From Saccostrea echinata (lineage: Eukaryota), in NCBI RefSeq assembly GCF_033153115.1, contig NW_026889785.1:9114001-9178000 (forward strand): a DNA stretch of 64,000 nt, read 5' to 3'. Within the stretch, counting starts at the first letter, position 1. Every line of letters starts with the position of its first letter. The notes below the pieces were generated by a model, which worked only from the letters and a program-made list of their open reading frames with translations, had not been told where the DNA came from and made no database searches. Of the stretch, positions 27,930 through 38,344 are shown piece by piece. The translations under genes and the position numbers were made by a program.

Positions 27930-28830
27930 CCATGTTGTATCTTTATATATATGTGCTCCTGAAATAAGAAACCTTTACGAATTGATCCTATGTTTAATAA
28001 CTACACACAGAGAGAAGGAAAGGGAATTTTATGTTAATACACAAATGTACATTATTTTAAATGTATGTGGTTATTCTGAATTGTAAGTGAAGTGAAGTTT
28101 GGAATAGGCATGTTTGAAAATACCATGATTATACCAATTATATGTGAATTTGCACGTTTATTGATGGAAAAATGAAGAATTCTGAAAAGAAAGTTTGAGA
28201 AAAGGTGTTTCAATAGGAGCCCACATCTGTACAAAACTCTATCTAATTGTTGGTAACTTAACAAACTGAAGAGGCTGTAATAGACAGTAGAAAATTTGCA
28301 TGCTTTAGTTCATTTCGATTTGGGGATGGACAAGACAATTGTAAAGGCTCTGATACGTGTGGTGAGGAGGGGCATGTCGGAAAGAGTTGCCAGAAGGATG
28401 CAAAATATAAGAACTTCAAGGGAAACCATATGTTATATCTTTATATATATGTGTTCCTAAAATAAGAAATCTTTACCAATTTAACCTGTATTTAATAACT
28501 CTATACAAAGAGATACAGAGAAAAAAAAGAGAATGGAATATTAATACACAAATGCACATTTACATTTATGTGGTTATTCTGAATTGTAAGTGAAGTGAAG
28601 TTTGGAATAGGCATGTGTGAAAATACCATGATTATACCAGTTATATGTGAATTTGCACGTTTATTGATGAAAAAAATGAAGAATTCTGGAAAGAAAGTTT
28701 GAGAAAAGGTGTTTGGATAGGAGTACACAAGAGAAAAAAACCCACATCTGTACAAAACCCAATCTAATTGTTGGTAACTTACCAAACTTAGGAGGCTGTA
28801 ATAGACAGTATTTATTTCTGTAGAAAATTA
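27930..28830. repeat. Local tandem duplication (~2 x 500 bp)
   Basis: tgtggttattctgaattgtaagtgaagtgaagtttggaataggcatg at ~28066 and ~28568. Confidence 0.75.
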
Positions 28831-28949
28831 GCATACATTTCTTCAATATTAAAGAAAATGTGGACTCATGAACTGTAGATATTTTCAAAAATATTTTAAC
28901 AGATTTTGATCAGTACTTAAATAATCACTTGTGACTTTAAACTTCTTAA

Positions 28950-29200
28950 AACCTAAACCACTTCGGATATCGCGGAAAGTTTCCTCTAGAGCACCCAGTG
29001 ATGAAGAATTTTTGATGCCAGTTTTCATTCCATTGTTTTAAATACTGCAGACCTCTTTTGATGGAAAGTTTTGTTTCATCAGCAGTAACAAAGCATCCAA
29101 CTGTAGTACTTTGAAATTTTGTAAGTCGCATCTAATAGACATTTCTTGGCCATACATTTTCAATATCCTTTTCTGAGACTCCGTCTACCCCCAAGGCTTA
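28950..29200 (-). pseudogene. Probable MULE transposase fragment
   Basis: TVGCFVTADETKLSIKRGLQYLKQWNENWHQKFFIT resembles the MULE core before the second catalytic D. Confidence 0.4.
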
Positions 29201-30529
29201 TTTCTTCGGTTCTGCAAAGTGTTGTGCAGTATCTTATTTTGAATGAATTAAAACAAATTGGAAAAAAAATACACATTATGATAGATACAACCATTTCTGA
29301 AATAATCTGAAATATGTCAGGTACTAAGTATGTCATTGAAGGGAATACTTTTCCAATTTTTACTCTATTGAGGTTTTAATTGACGGGATTTTATTCTTAT
29401 GTTAACCCAAACACAGACGGACTTCTTTGAAACCCTGAACTAATGGTTGCACAACAGTATTAAATTTTGCTATATATTCTTACCAAAAATGCGCAACTCT
29501 GAGTAGGTGGTATTAATTGAAAACAAACTTTTGAGAAGTTTCCTTTTCAGATCTTGTAAAACAATTCTTTATAAAGATTTTAGTACCAAAAAATACATAG
29601 CCATCCAGCAAGTCACGCAAGTTTGTCTCGCTCGAAGTCGAGCAGGTGCTTGAAAATCAAGTCTAGGACCTAATCACTCTCCACTCAAATACAGTATATA
29701 GAAAATTCAGCACGCCCTAAATTTTAATGAATCTAGTCAATATAGGAAGTTTACATATTGTTTTTCATCTCATAAAAAAATTCAGCTCCAGTCTCGTGTT
29801 AAAATGCCCGAATCGGAAGGGAAGATTCAGGAATTATTTTGCGTCAGCCATGATTTGACGTGAACCTCAAGTGAAATACTGTTATGACACCTGCATAATG
29901 GACGTCTCTATATGAGTAAAAAAATTCTCGATGGGGACCTAAAACAACATACAATCAATCTGAACGAATCGTTATATAAACACAAGAATTTACAGTTTAC
30001 CCCAAGTAATTTTTTGCAACATTCTTTTTGATACAAGTACAAATGAAACAAAAATCTATACCCTGATATATCAAGATAAACGCTGTCCTCATTTGCTGCT
30101 CTCTTTGTCGTCTTTTGAAAACCTGGAAAGTTAAAATATTGGTTGTCAACAAGTCAACAAGTCAAAACATATATACTTATACTTTATATATATATAATGT
30201 TAAGAAATATTCCCTAACAAATGCAAAACTCAACCAGCAGTTCCTTTTTAGCTCATTTGAGCTAAAGGCTCATGAAGTAAGGAATCTATAATACAGTCAA
30301 AGATACCACGTCTATTCCTTAGAAGAATTCATAAAGTTTCTGCTATTTTTTCAAATGAAACAAGCGTCGATTTTCTTCTTCAGTCTGTCTTTGATACCTC
30401 CCTATTGCTGAATGACTTAATGCGACACCTCATCTCAGAAATTTTTGATACTCTATCGTCGATCAAACTAGATAATTTTTCCTTGATGCTATGGTCAATT
30501 GGTTGGCAAATCCCTGCAACCTATCAAAG

Positions 30530-30746
30530 TACACATACCAACGTGCCAACGTCTACCGTGACAAGGGACCTCGGTTTGTAAAGTATTATCCGAAAGACCC
30601 ACGAATTTCACTTTTAGTGCCGGGCGCTTAGCGAAGGAACAGTCACTACCTACGTTTACGTCTTAGGTTTGACGCGGCGCGGCGAACGAGAATCGAACCC
30701 GGGCCTCCCGATCACGAAGCCCTACCTCTAGGCTACCGTGACCGGA
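30530..30746 (-). mobile_element. tRNA-derived SINE, partial
   Basis: B-box complement gaatcgaacccgggcctccc, head ending ctaccgtgaccgg. Confidence 0.65.
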
Positions 30747-31679
30747 TATATGTGATAGACTGCTTGTGGATACAGAATAAAACGGATTGTGGGATTAATC
30801 CTGTATCCTCATCAATTTTTGTTATAAATCACTAAGCACCATGAGGATGTTATTGATTCTTTTCCTACACCTGACCAAAACTTCTTTCTCCTAGTTTCAG
30901 AAACTGTGTAACCATGTGGTAATAATTGTCTTTCAACGAAGGCAAAAATCTCTTGTTGTGTTTAGGTGGCAGTGTAGAATATTCTAATGGACTGCTTTGA
31001 GAAAACCTCAATAAGCAGCTTCATTTTTAAGAGTGCTCGTGACACCATGTTTAGTCACAGCTTTCTAAATAAATTTCGAAATTCTCTTGTCCATTGGCTG
31101 CAAAATGCTGGGTGATTGTATTGTTATGACATTATATTGCAGTACATTGAAAAGCATATTTGTGAATTTGAATTTCAAATATGATAAGTAATTAATACAA
31201 AATCTTGGGATTAAAAAAATTTTATTCAGTGAATAAAATCAATACCGCTCTTTTCAAGTGCTTTTTATATGCTTCTGCTTGTAGAAAGGAGACATAGAAC
31301 CGGAATACAATCACTGAAACGATGCGAGAACTTAAACTTTATATTTAAAAAAATGAAATACATGTTTCTGAATAACCTGGTATACAGGCATCTTCACTTC
31401 CAACTTGCCAAATATATTTTTCACCACTTTCCACTTTTTAAACACCGAAACCCAGAAAACAATGTGTACTCATACTCCTCTAAGAATTCTTTAAAGATGT
31501 TATATATGCACAATGAGACGAAAACCCTTCATTAAAAAGATACTTCCATGGGTTATGATGTATATTTACTGTAGTACAGTAACTGGGCTATGTGGTGTGG
31601 TGGAATTATGAAGTAGTGTGACTGGGTTGAACAGTGACTGGTCTTTATAGTCTAGTGATTGGGTTATCTTATACATTGA

Positions 31680-31930
31680 AATATTGATTCTGAAGTCGCA
31701 AAGATTATTGTATGATCAACAAACTCTACGCCTAATTCACAAAGTTCATGTGCACTTAATCCTTTCTTTTGTAATACATGACTTCTAATAATGGTAATCA
31801 GAGGGAAAATGACCCTCACAATTGTATTATCATCAGTTGAACCTAATGCTTGGAACAAAAAAGGTACCAGTTCAAATGGTAAAGATTTACCACTTCCAGT
31901 ACGTGAACAGAAGAAAACATCTTTTTTCTT
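31680..31930 (-). pseudogene. RecQ-like SF2 helicase fragment (possibly Academ transposon-derived)
   Basis: Minus-strand reading KDVFFCSRTGSGKSLPFELVP...VIFPL...IIFATSESI resembles helicase motifs I, Ia and Ib. Confidence 0.5.
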
Positions 31931-32039
31931 TAATTATGCTTCTTAAACTTTTTTTCTTGTTTAATTTTAAGTGACTTATAGACAATTGCTTTGATCCATC
32001 AGATATTGCTAGAGATATTTTTTTCTGTGTTCAGAAGTT

Positions 32040-32312
32040 GTCGCCCGCATGCCGCAATGGTAGAGCGTCCACCCTAGATTTGCGGAGTAAGGAGTTGATC
32101 CTTACGGACGGGTTCAAATCCCGCTTTGGGACGTGGAGACCGGTCATTCGGATGAGACCGTATCAACCGAGAACATGCTGGCACTAAAATATCCTTCAAT
32201 GTTCAATGGTCCTAAGTACCAAGTATAGTTAAAAATTTGCTCTCCATCGGCAAGTGGTGGCATCTCCATATGAGTGAAAGATTCTCTCGAGGGACGTTAA
32301 ACAACAAACAAA
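32040..32312 (+). mobile_element. tRNA-derived SINE
   Basis: A-box-like caatggtagagcg, B-box gggttcaaatccc, (aaac)n tail. Confidence 0.7.
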
Positions 32313-33089
32313 ACTTAAAAGTGTGTAAAATTTGTCCAGCTATGTAACATTTAGGAAATCCCAAATAACCATTCATCACCTTCAACTTATCAGCGATTCT
32401 CCAGTAGCACACTGCAGTGCTGTAATATGATCCCGTTATCGACCATAGTCTGGTCGATGAATTTACAGAGTTTACAAGTCTCTATGTGTGACATTACCAA
32501 AAAGTATAGAAGAGAGCACTAAAACATAGAGGCTTAAACAAGTCTAATAAGGCAGCCAAAAATGGAGATAAATAAATAAAGAAAGAAAAGAAAAGGAAAA
32601 AGGGGCTGTCCAAACTCAACATTTTCATTTCTTTGAAGGAGGGATTACAACTTCCGACAAACATATTTTATATTATAATACATTCCCGTGGGATGATTTG
32701 ACGTACCATACTGCAAAAAAAGATGGAAGAGGGGGCAAGGGTGCGCCTTTTCAATGTTTGGGAAAAATGTGGAAGGGGCGGCCCTCCTGATGCTACGTGC
32801 CTGTATTATTTTACCTGATGTAAATATGCTTTATCAGGGGTTGAAATGTACGGTAGCCCGACGCCCGGGGCTAGTCATTTTAAGACTCGGGCTAGCTAAT
32901 TTATAAGTAACGATAATCCGTCGGACTAGCAGACCGGGAAAAAAATCTCGTCAGTTTACTTTCGTTTTCTTAATTTGGAGACTGGTTTCTTTTGACTGAG
33001 AACTAGTTTAATTTGTTTTTATCACCAAAGCGTTTGAAAGCAAGCAAATAAATAAACGCGATAAAGCATTTTAATCACATTGATCAAAA

Positions 33090-33317
33090 TTGAGTAAGCA
33101 AACAACGTTGTTCGCATTATCAAAAGTTCTGACGGGAATAAGAGGAAAAAGGTCAGTAGTGTGTCAGATAACGGAAGTATTAATAAAGGTGAAAAGAATG
33201 ATCATACCAAAAGAAAAAGAAAGTTTCAAGAGAGTTGGAGAGAAAGATTCCCGTGGGTGGAACTGGAAGTCCAGTCTCAATCTACAAGTGATACTGATAA
33301 CGGTGACTTGATGTATT
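33090..33317 (+). pseudogene. hAT transposase N-terminal part
   Basis: Reads RKFQESWRERFPWVEL...DLMY up to the TSD; continues in frame as CSYCR after 56018. Confidence 0.85.
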
Positions 33318-33508
33318 AGTAGTAAGGGGGACAGAGTACAGTCAGTATACAGTCACGATGACGTCATGGGGTTTTCCAGACCCCGCCCACATAGGTCATA
33401 ATATGGGTCACAGTCAAGGGGTGAGTCTACAGTCAATGACGTCATAGGTATCTAAGTGCAAAGAGTGAGTCTACAGTCAATGACCTCACGAGGTAGTTCA
33501 CAGTCAAG
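33318..33508 (+). repeat. Polinton left TIR
   Basis: Reverse complement of 55822-56012. Confidence 0.96.
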
Positions 33509-33690
33509 AGTGAGTCTACAGTCGCTGAGGATATTTAAGTGCACCAAGTGCGTCTACAGTCATTGAGGTCATTACAGTCAAGATCAAGCATTTCACAGTT
33601 TAGTGTGTCAAAGTGTGTTCACAAGGTTTTTTCACAGTCAAATACAGAAAAAAAGCAATAAATACCACAAACATTTAATTTGTTTTTGTT

Positions 33691-33930
33691 ATGACGATGA
33701 ATACTCAGGAAAAGCAGTACAAGTGGAAAATTTTAGCCTGGAGTGCTATAAGAAGAAATGAGAACAAATGGACATTGCAAGAAAGTCAATGGTTTGACAA
33801 AAAAGAGGATTGCATTGCTGATTTTAAGGAAAAAATGAAAAATGGTTATGACATTGCAGACTGCTGGGGATCTGAAGAATACCTACTAAAACGTCGAATT
33901 ATGCCAAAGAAATACTTCCCACATTCCTGA
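33691..33930 (+). CDS. Polinton hypothetical protein (79 aa, Trp-rich)
   Basis: ATG ORF, first in the left gene block, 12 nt upstream of the next ORF; no motif recognised. Confidence 0.6.
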   Translation: MTMNTQEKQYKWKILAWSAIRRNENKWTLQESQWFDKKEDCIADFKEKMKNGYDIADCWGSEEYLLKRRIMPKKYFPHS

Positions 33931-33942
33931 TAAAATATAGCT

Positions 33943-34170
33943 ATGTTAAAAATTCAACGAGGGAGTGGATGCATAAAAAAACTTAAATTTAATGATCATG
34001 TACAAGTAATTTTAATTCCATATGAAGATCGAAAGGGGATTTGGATGGAATTTGCCATAGATAGAGCTCATTTTAAGAGGAGAGTTCAACAAACGGAAAA
34101 TATTTTATTACCTGTGCTTCTTCAGAAGTTCAAACAATGTACACTTTACAGTCAAAAGAACGAAAAATAG
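33943..34170 (+). CDS. GADD34/ICP34.5/DP71L-like PP1-binding eIF2alpha phosphatase adaptor (75 aa)
   Basis: KKLKF (RVxF), VQVI, RKGIWMEFAIDRAHFKRRV..TENILLPVL match the PPP1R15 C-terminal core. Confidence 0.85.
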   Translation: MLKIQRGSGCIKKLKFNDHVQVILIPYEDRKGIWMEFAIDRAHFKRRVQQTENILLPVLLQKFKQCTLYSQKNEK

Positions 34171-34258
34171 GAAAAAGGGAGTGTCTCCCATTTTCGCCTA
34201 ATATGTATAAATAAGTGCCAGTGTGTTAAGTCAGCATACAGTGTTTTATACTGTGAAA

Positions 34259-34690
34259 ATGGATGGTCTTGTAGTAGAGAGAATGCTGAGGAGAATATCT
34301 TTCCAATGGATTCGACGCTTGAACGACTGTTTTCTCGTTTTAACAAGAAGAGAAGAAGAAGATCTAGTGTGGATCTTAATGTACCTGATGCAATGCCAGA
34401 AACTGGCACTTACCATTAAAGGGAAACTTAAGACTTTTAAAAAAGAGAATCTAAACATACCATTATCAAAGTGGAAAAAACTAACGAAGTTAGTGAATGA
34501 TCTTAAAAGGAAAACAGAGGGAATGGACGTGCAGCTCTCTGCAACAATGAGGAAAAAAGAAACACGCCACGCATGTGCTTATTATTTTGGAAAAACACTG
34601 TACAAGACTACAAAGGAATTACTTGAGACGCTTCAAAAAACTCGTAAATTCATAAAAACCAACCGAAAGAACTTTGTTGTGCAAAAATAA
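34259..34690 (+). CDS. Polinton hypothetical basic protein (143 aa)
   Basis: ATG at 34259, upstream TATAAATAAGT at 34206; Lys-rich; no motif recognised. Confidence 0.6.
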   Translation: MDGLVVERMLRRISFQWIRRLNDCFLVLTRREEEDLVWILMYLMQCQKLALTIKGKLKTFKKENLNIPLSKWKKLTKLVNDLKRKTEGMDVQLSATMRKKETRHACAYYFGKTLYKTTKELLETLQKTRKFIKTNRKNFVVQK

Positions 34691-35035
34691 CTGTCAAATG
34701 TGCCTATTGATTAAGAAAAAAAACAAGTTAATTTTACAAAGTATGTAAACAGACATTTGTACAATCAAGAGGTCACAGTCAATTGTTCTACAGTCAGTGC
34801 GTTCTACAGTCAACAGATTTCCACAGGAAGTGCATTCTACAGTCGGTGCGTTCTACAGTCAAAAATTCTACAATTGGTTCATTTTACAGACATGATTCTA
34901 CAGTCAATAGCCACGTGACTTGAATCATATATAAACTTTGAAAATTTCAAAAAGTTTCATCAGTTCTGAGCAAATCTCAGACAGGATACAACTCTGCTTT
35001 TTTTGTTCCTTGTGAGATCCTTGTCAGCAGCAGAA

Positions 35036-36019
35036 ATGGAGCAAAAACATCAAGACTTGATTAAGGCAAACTACTCGACATTGGTGAAGAAGATGATGGC
35101 TGTTCCTGTTGCGGGACATCTTTACGCCTCAAACATAATTACCGATGAAATGAGACAACAGATAGACGCTGAGAAAACCAGCTATGACAAAAACAGAAAA
35201 TTGATCAGCTTCATTTTACGTCGAGGTTCGAGAGCTTTTATGGGACTTAGAATGGCATTAATGAAAGCCAATCAAGCTGACTTATCCCGACTCCTAATGA
35301 ATAAGGATGATGACACAAAGTCTGAGTACGAAAAGAAGCTGGACATGGCAAGATCATTAGTCGTTAATACTAAAGAAAGAGGAGGTTCCAGAAATCAATC
35401 AAAGAAAGTCGATCATCAACAGTCTCAGGAGCCAAGATGTAGGATAAGTTTGGATGACTTTAATGACCTATTCCTCACCGTCATGCCTTTTAAGGGGGAG
35501 ATTTACGTCCACATCCGTCATTTCACAGAATCGCATGGTCGTTTCATTGCCACCAAGAAGGGAGTTACCTTTCCTTTAGCCCGTTGGTTAAAGTTTGAAT
35601 CTCTCTTACCAGATATTCAAGACTACATTGACAATACTGGAAAAGAGGATGAAGAAGCACAGTGGCATGTTGGTGGAGGTGTGTTCGTTTCGTTATCACC
35701 AGGCTATCCGACAGTGGACATAAGACACTTTTGGAAGCCAGACAATGTTCAAGAACCTATACCTACAAGGAAAGGTGTAACTCTAAACAGAAACAAATTT
35801 GCCAGACTTATCGATGTCATCGGGGAGATGCATGAATGTGTTCCAGAACTAAAAGACATTGAACTTTGCATGCTCAGCGAGTCTCATCAAAATCAGCTTG
35901 GAATGTTAAGCTGCCCGGAATGTACCCCCTTTGGCTACGATCCACAAGACAATATATCAATGGAATGTAACGCCGGTGATTTACAAGACAGGGAAACCAT
36001 TGAAAATGATCTTGAATGA
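35036..36019 (+). CDS. CARD + two PC4-like ssDNA-binding domains + C-H-CxxC finger (327 aa)
   Basis: N-terminal death-fold pattern (LIKANYSTLVKKM..HLYASNIITDEMRQQI..KNRKLISFILRRGSRAF..LRMAL..QADLSRLL); PC4 signatures FKGEIYVHIRHF..TKKGVTF..W and VDIRHFW..PTRKGVTL. Confidence 0.82.
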   Translation: MEQKHQDLIKANYSTLVKKMMAVPVAGHLYASNIITDEMRQQIDAEKTSYDKNRKLISFILRRGSRAFMGLRMALMKANQADLSRLLMNKDDDTKSEYEKKLDMARSLVVNTKERGGSRNQSKKVDHQQSQEPRCRISLDDFNDLFLTVMPFKGEIYVHIRHFTESHGRFIATKKGVTFPLARWLKFESLLPDIQDYIDNTGKEDEEAQWHVGGGVFVSLSPGYPTVDIRHFWKPDNVQEPIPTRKGVTLNRNKFARLIDVIGEMHECVPELKDIELCMLSESHQNQLGMLSCPECTPFGYDPQDNISMECNAGDLQDRETIENDLE

Positions 36020-36211
36020 CAATGAACACTAATCCAACATAATTAATGATATGGGTGTAACATTTATTTATTATTTATTGTGTATCTATCTTTTATGTTA
36101 CTATTTCATTCTAACAATATCAAAATAAAATAGTTCAAAATATACCTTGTATTTTTTTACAATGATATAAAATGTTACAACCGAAGAGAGAGATCATTAT
36201 TATGTTTCAGT

Positions 36212-37369
36212 ATGCCAGACTATACGGATTACTTAAGAGAGCTCTACTACACCCCCGGTAAATCGGGGGCCTATGCAGGGCCTGAAAAATTATATCAAGC
36301 TGTTAAACAGGAAGGCAAATACAAGATTGGTAGACGGAGAATAAGACAGTTTTTAAACAATGAAGATTCTTATAGTCTGTATAAACCTATTCGTAAAACA
36401 TTTCCGCGTTCAAAGGTGATAGTGAACACCATTGACTCTATGTGGGATGGTGACTTGGCAGACGTTTCAAACATTGCATCCCATAATGATGGATTTAAAT
36501 TCTTATTAGTGCTTATTGATATATTTAGTCGATATTTATTTATAGTCCCCTTACAAAATAAACATCATCAGAACATTGTTGATGGTTTAAAATCAGTTTT
36601 CCAAAAAGGACGAAAACCTAACACCCTTAGAACAGATAAGGGTAGCGAATTTAAAAATCGTTGGGTAAAGACATTTCTGAAAAAAGAGGGAATAAACGTC
36701 ATATACACTCAAAATGAAACAAAAGCAAATTATGCCGAGAGGGTAATTCGAACCATGAAGAACCTAATGTATCGTTATTTCATGAAGAATCGAACCTACC
36801 GTTTTGTGAATGTTTTGCAAGACTTGGTAAACAGTTACAACAATAGACCTCACAGATCATTAGGTGGGAATGCTCCAACCAATGTGAACCAAGAAAATGT
36901 CGATGAAATAAGACTCGAGTCTTATCTTTCGGGGAAAACAAAACTAGATCTGACCAAAAACGATCTGAACCAGTCTAATGAATCAAGCAAAACAAAAGTG
37001 AAAAAAAGAGTGAAACCCTTTTTCAAATTAAAAATTGGAGATAATGTCAGAATATCACAACTAAAATACCCTTTTCAAAGAGACTACCAACAGAAATGGA
37101 CAGAAGAGTTTTTTAAAGTGAGTGAAAGATACAAACGCGGTCAATTACCTGTGTACAAGGTAAAAGATTTAGCAGACGACCCTATAGAAGGTACATTCTA
37201 TGAGCCTGAGCTTCAAAAAGTCATAAAGTCAGAAGACGTTTCTTATAGAGTGGAGAAAATTCTTAAAAGAAGACGTCGTGGTAAAGCCAAAGAGGTGTAT
37301 GTAAAATGGGAAGGATGGCCAAAAAAATTTAATTCATGGATTCCGGAGAGCTCTCTGGAAAAACAATAA
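36212..37369 (+). CDS. Retroviral-like (rve) integrase with C-terminal chromodomain
   Basis: WDGDLAD, IDIFSRY, RTDKGSEF, AERVIRT, YNNRPH; YRVEKIL...YVKWEGWPKKFNSWIP. Confidence 0.96.
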   Translation: MPDYTDYLRELYYTPGKSGAYAGPEKLYQAVKQEGKYKIGRRRIRQFLNNEDSYSLYKPIRKTFPRSKVIVNTIDSMWDGDLADVSNIASHNDGFKFLLVLIDIFSRYLFIVPLQNKHHQNIVDGLKSVFQKGRKPNTLRTDKGSEFKNRWVKTFLKKEGINVIYTQNETKANYAERVIRTMKNLMYRYFMKNRTYRFVNVLQDLVNSYNNRPHRSLGGNAPTNVNQENVDEIRLESYLSGKTKLDLTKNDLNQSNESSKTKVKKRVKPFFKLKIGDNVRISQLKYPFQRDYQQKWTEEFFKVSERYKRGQLPVYKVKDLADDPIEGTFYEPELQKVIKSEDVSYRVEKILKRRRRGKAKEVYVKWEGWPKKFNSWIPESSLEKQ

Positions 37370-37404
37370 AAGCCATCATTTTTTAGCAATTTCTCTCATT
37401 CAAA

Positions 37405-37827
37405 ATGAGTGTTCGAATGGTGTTGACGTCTACGGACAGCTCTGAATATTTTGAAAATAAACCCAATTGCTTTCGAGTTCAATTAAATAAACAGATTCAA
37501 TTTGACGGATATTGGACTGTTGCCCTGACAGAATTTTCTACAGAGAGTTGGTTGTCATCTAAGAAGAAATCAGAGTTGTTTGTGTGTTGTGATATTTGTG
37601 AGGAAACGATAATTGGGGGAAAAGAGGCACCCCTTCTAAGACGCGTATACCTAGGTGAGAAACCAGAAAGTATCACTTACACACTACCTTATTACATTCC
37701 AGTTAAAATTAGCCAATTACAGCAGATCGCTATATATATAACAGACAGAGAAGGAAACTTAGTTTCATTCTTAAACGGACCGGTGACTGTAACACTTCAT
37801 TTCAAGAAGTTTCCATACGTTTTATGA
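37405..37827 (+). CDS. Minor capsid protein (penton-like single jelly-roll), short form
   Basis: LTSTDSSEYF.N...FRVQL..I...GYWTVAL.E, CDICEE.IIG....PLLRRV, YIPV, VTLHFKK resemble Polinton mCP. Confidence 0.75.
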   Translation: MSVRMVLTSTDSSEYFENKPNCFRVQLNKQIQFDGYWTVALTEFSTESWLSSKKKSELFVCCDICEETIIGGKEAPLLRRVYLGEKPESITYTLPYYIPVKISQLQQIAIYITDREGNLVSFLNGPVTVTLHFKKFPYVL

Positions 37828-38342
37828 TGAATAGCCAAACGTACGTGAGTGATCCCAGAATATGGGAAGCTTTCTACAAGAACATGGCAGAGAAAAAATT
37901 CAACCCTTACAAATACAAGCCAAAACAAATTGGGAGAGGTGTGAGAAGTTACAAGTCTTACGTCATCCCGCTGAGGCCTCACTCGCAGTTAGAACCTGTA
38001 GAAAACAGCACTCAAGTGACTCCAGTAGCTGCTGTGGAGGAAAGAGCTAAAGTGGAACATGCCAAGGACGTTAAAGAGGGGGTTCCATTTGTCAAAGTAC
38101 AGGGGAGTATAAAAAGGCCACATTCACAATCTTCTGTCATTCCTTCAAAGAAATTGAAGCCAACAACATCTCGAAATCCGAGGAAAAAACAGTCAACTAA
38201 ATCTGCAAAACAAAGAAAGGCCTCAGCAGTGAAGAAAAAGAAGACTGTTAAGAAACAACGACGAGCGCCACGCAAGAAAACACAGTCGAGAAAAAAGAAA
38301 GAATTTAACATTGACAGTTACAGAAGTGTCTTTAAACAGTAA
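37824..38342 (+). CDS. Basic, putative DNA-condensing core protein
   Basis: Very K/R-rich C-terminus, QIGRG motif, located between the two capsid genes. Confidence 0.6.
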   Translation: MMNSQTYVSDPRIWEAFYKNMAEKKFNPYKYKPKQIGRGVRSYKSYVIPLRPHSQLEPVENSTQVTPVAAVEERAKVEHAKDVKEGVPFVKVQGSIKRPHSQSSVIPSKKLKPTTSRNPRKKQSTKSAKQRKASAVKKKKTVKKQRRAPRKKTQSRKKKEFNIDSYRSVFKQ

Positions 38343-38344
38343 AA

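Noticed and set aside
32040-32130. tRNA-like sequences here and at 61412 and 61800-61879
   Set aside because: SINE heads with body and tail; no clean cloverleaf
33090-33311. 73-aa ORF as an independent gene
   Set aside because: Frameshifted start of the hAT transposase; the meaningful reading (RKFQESW..FPW) is in another frame
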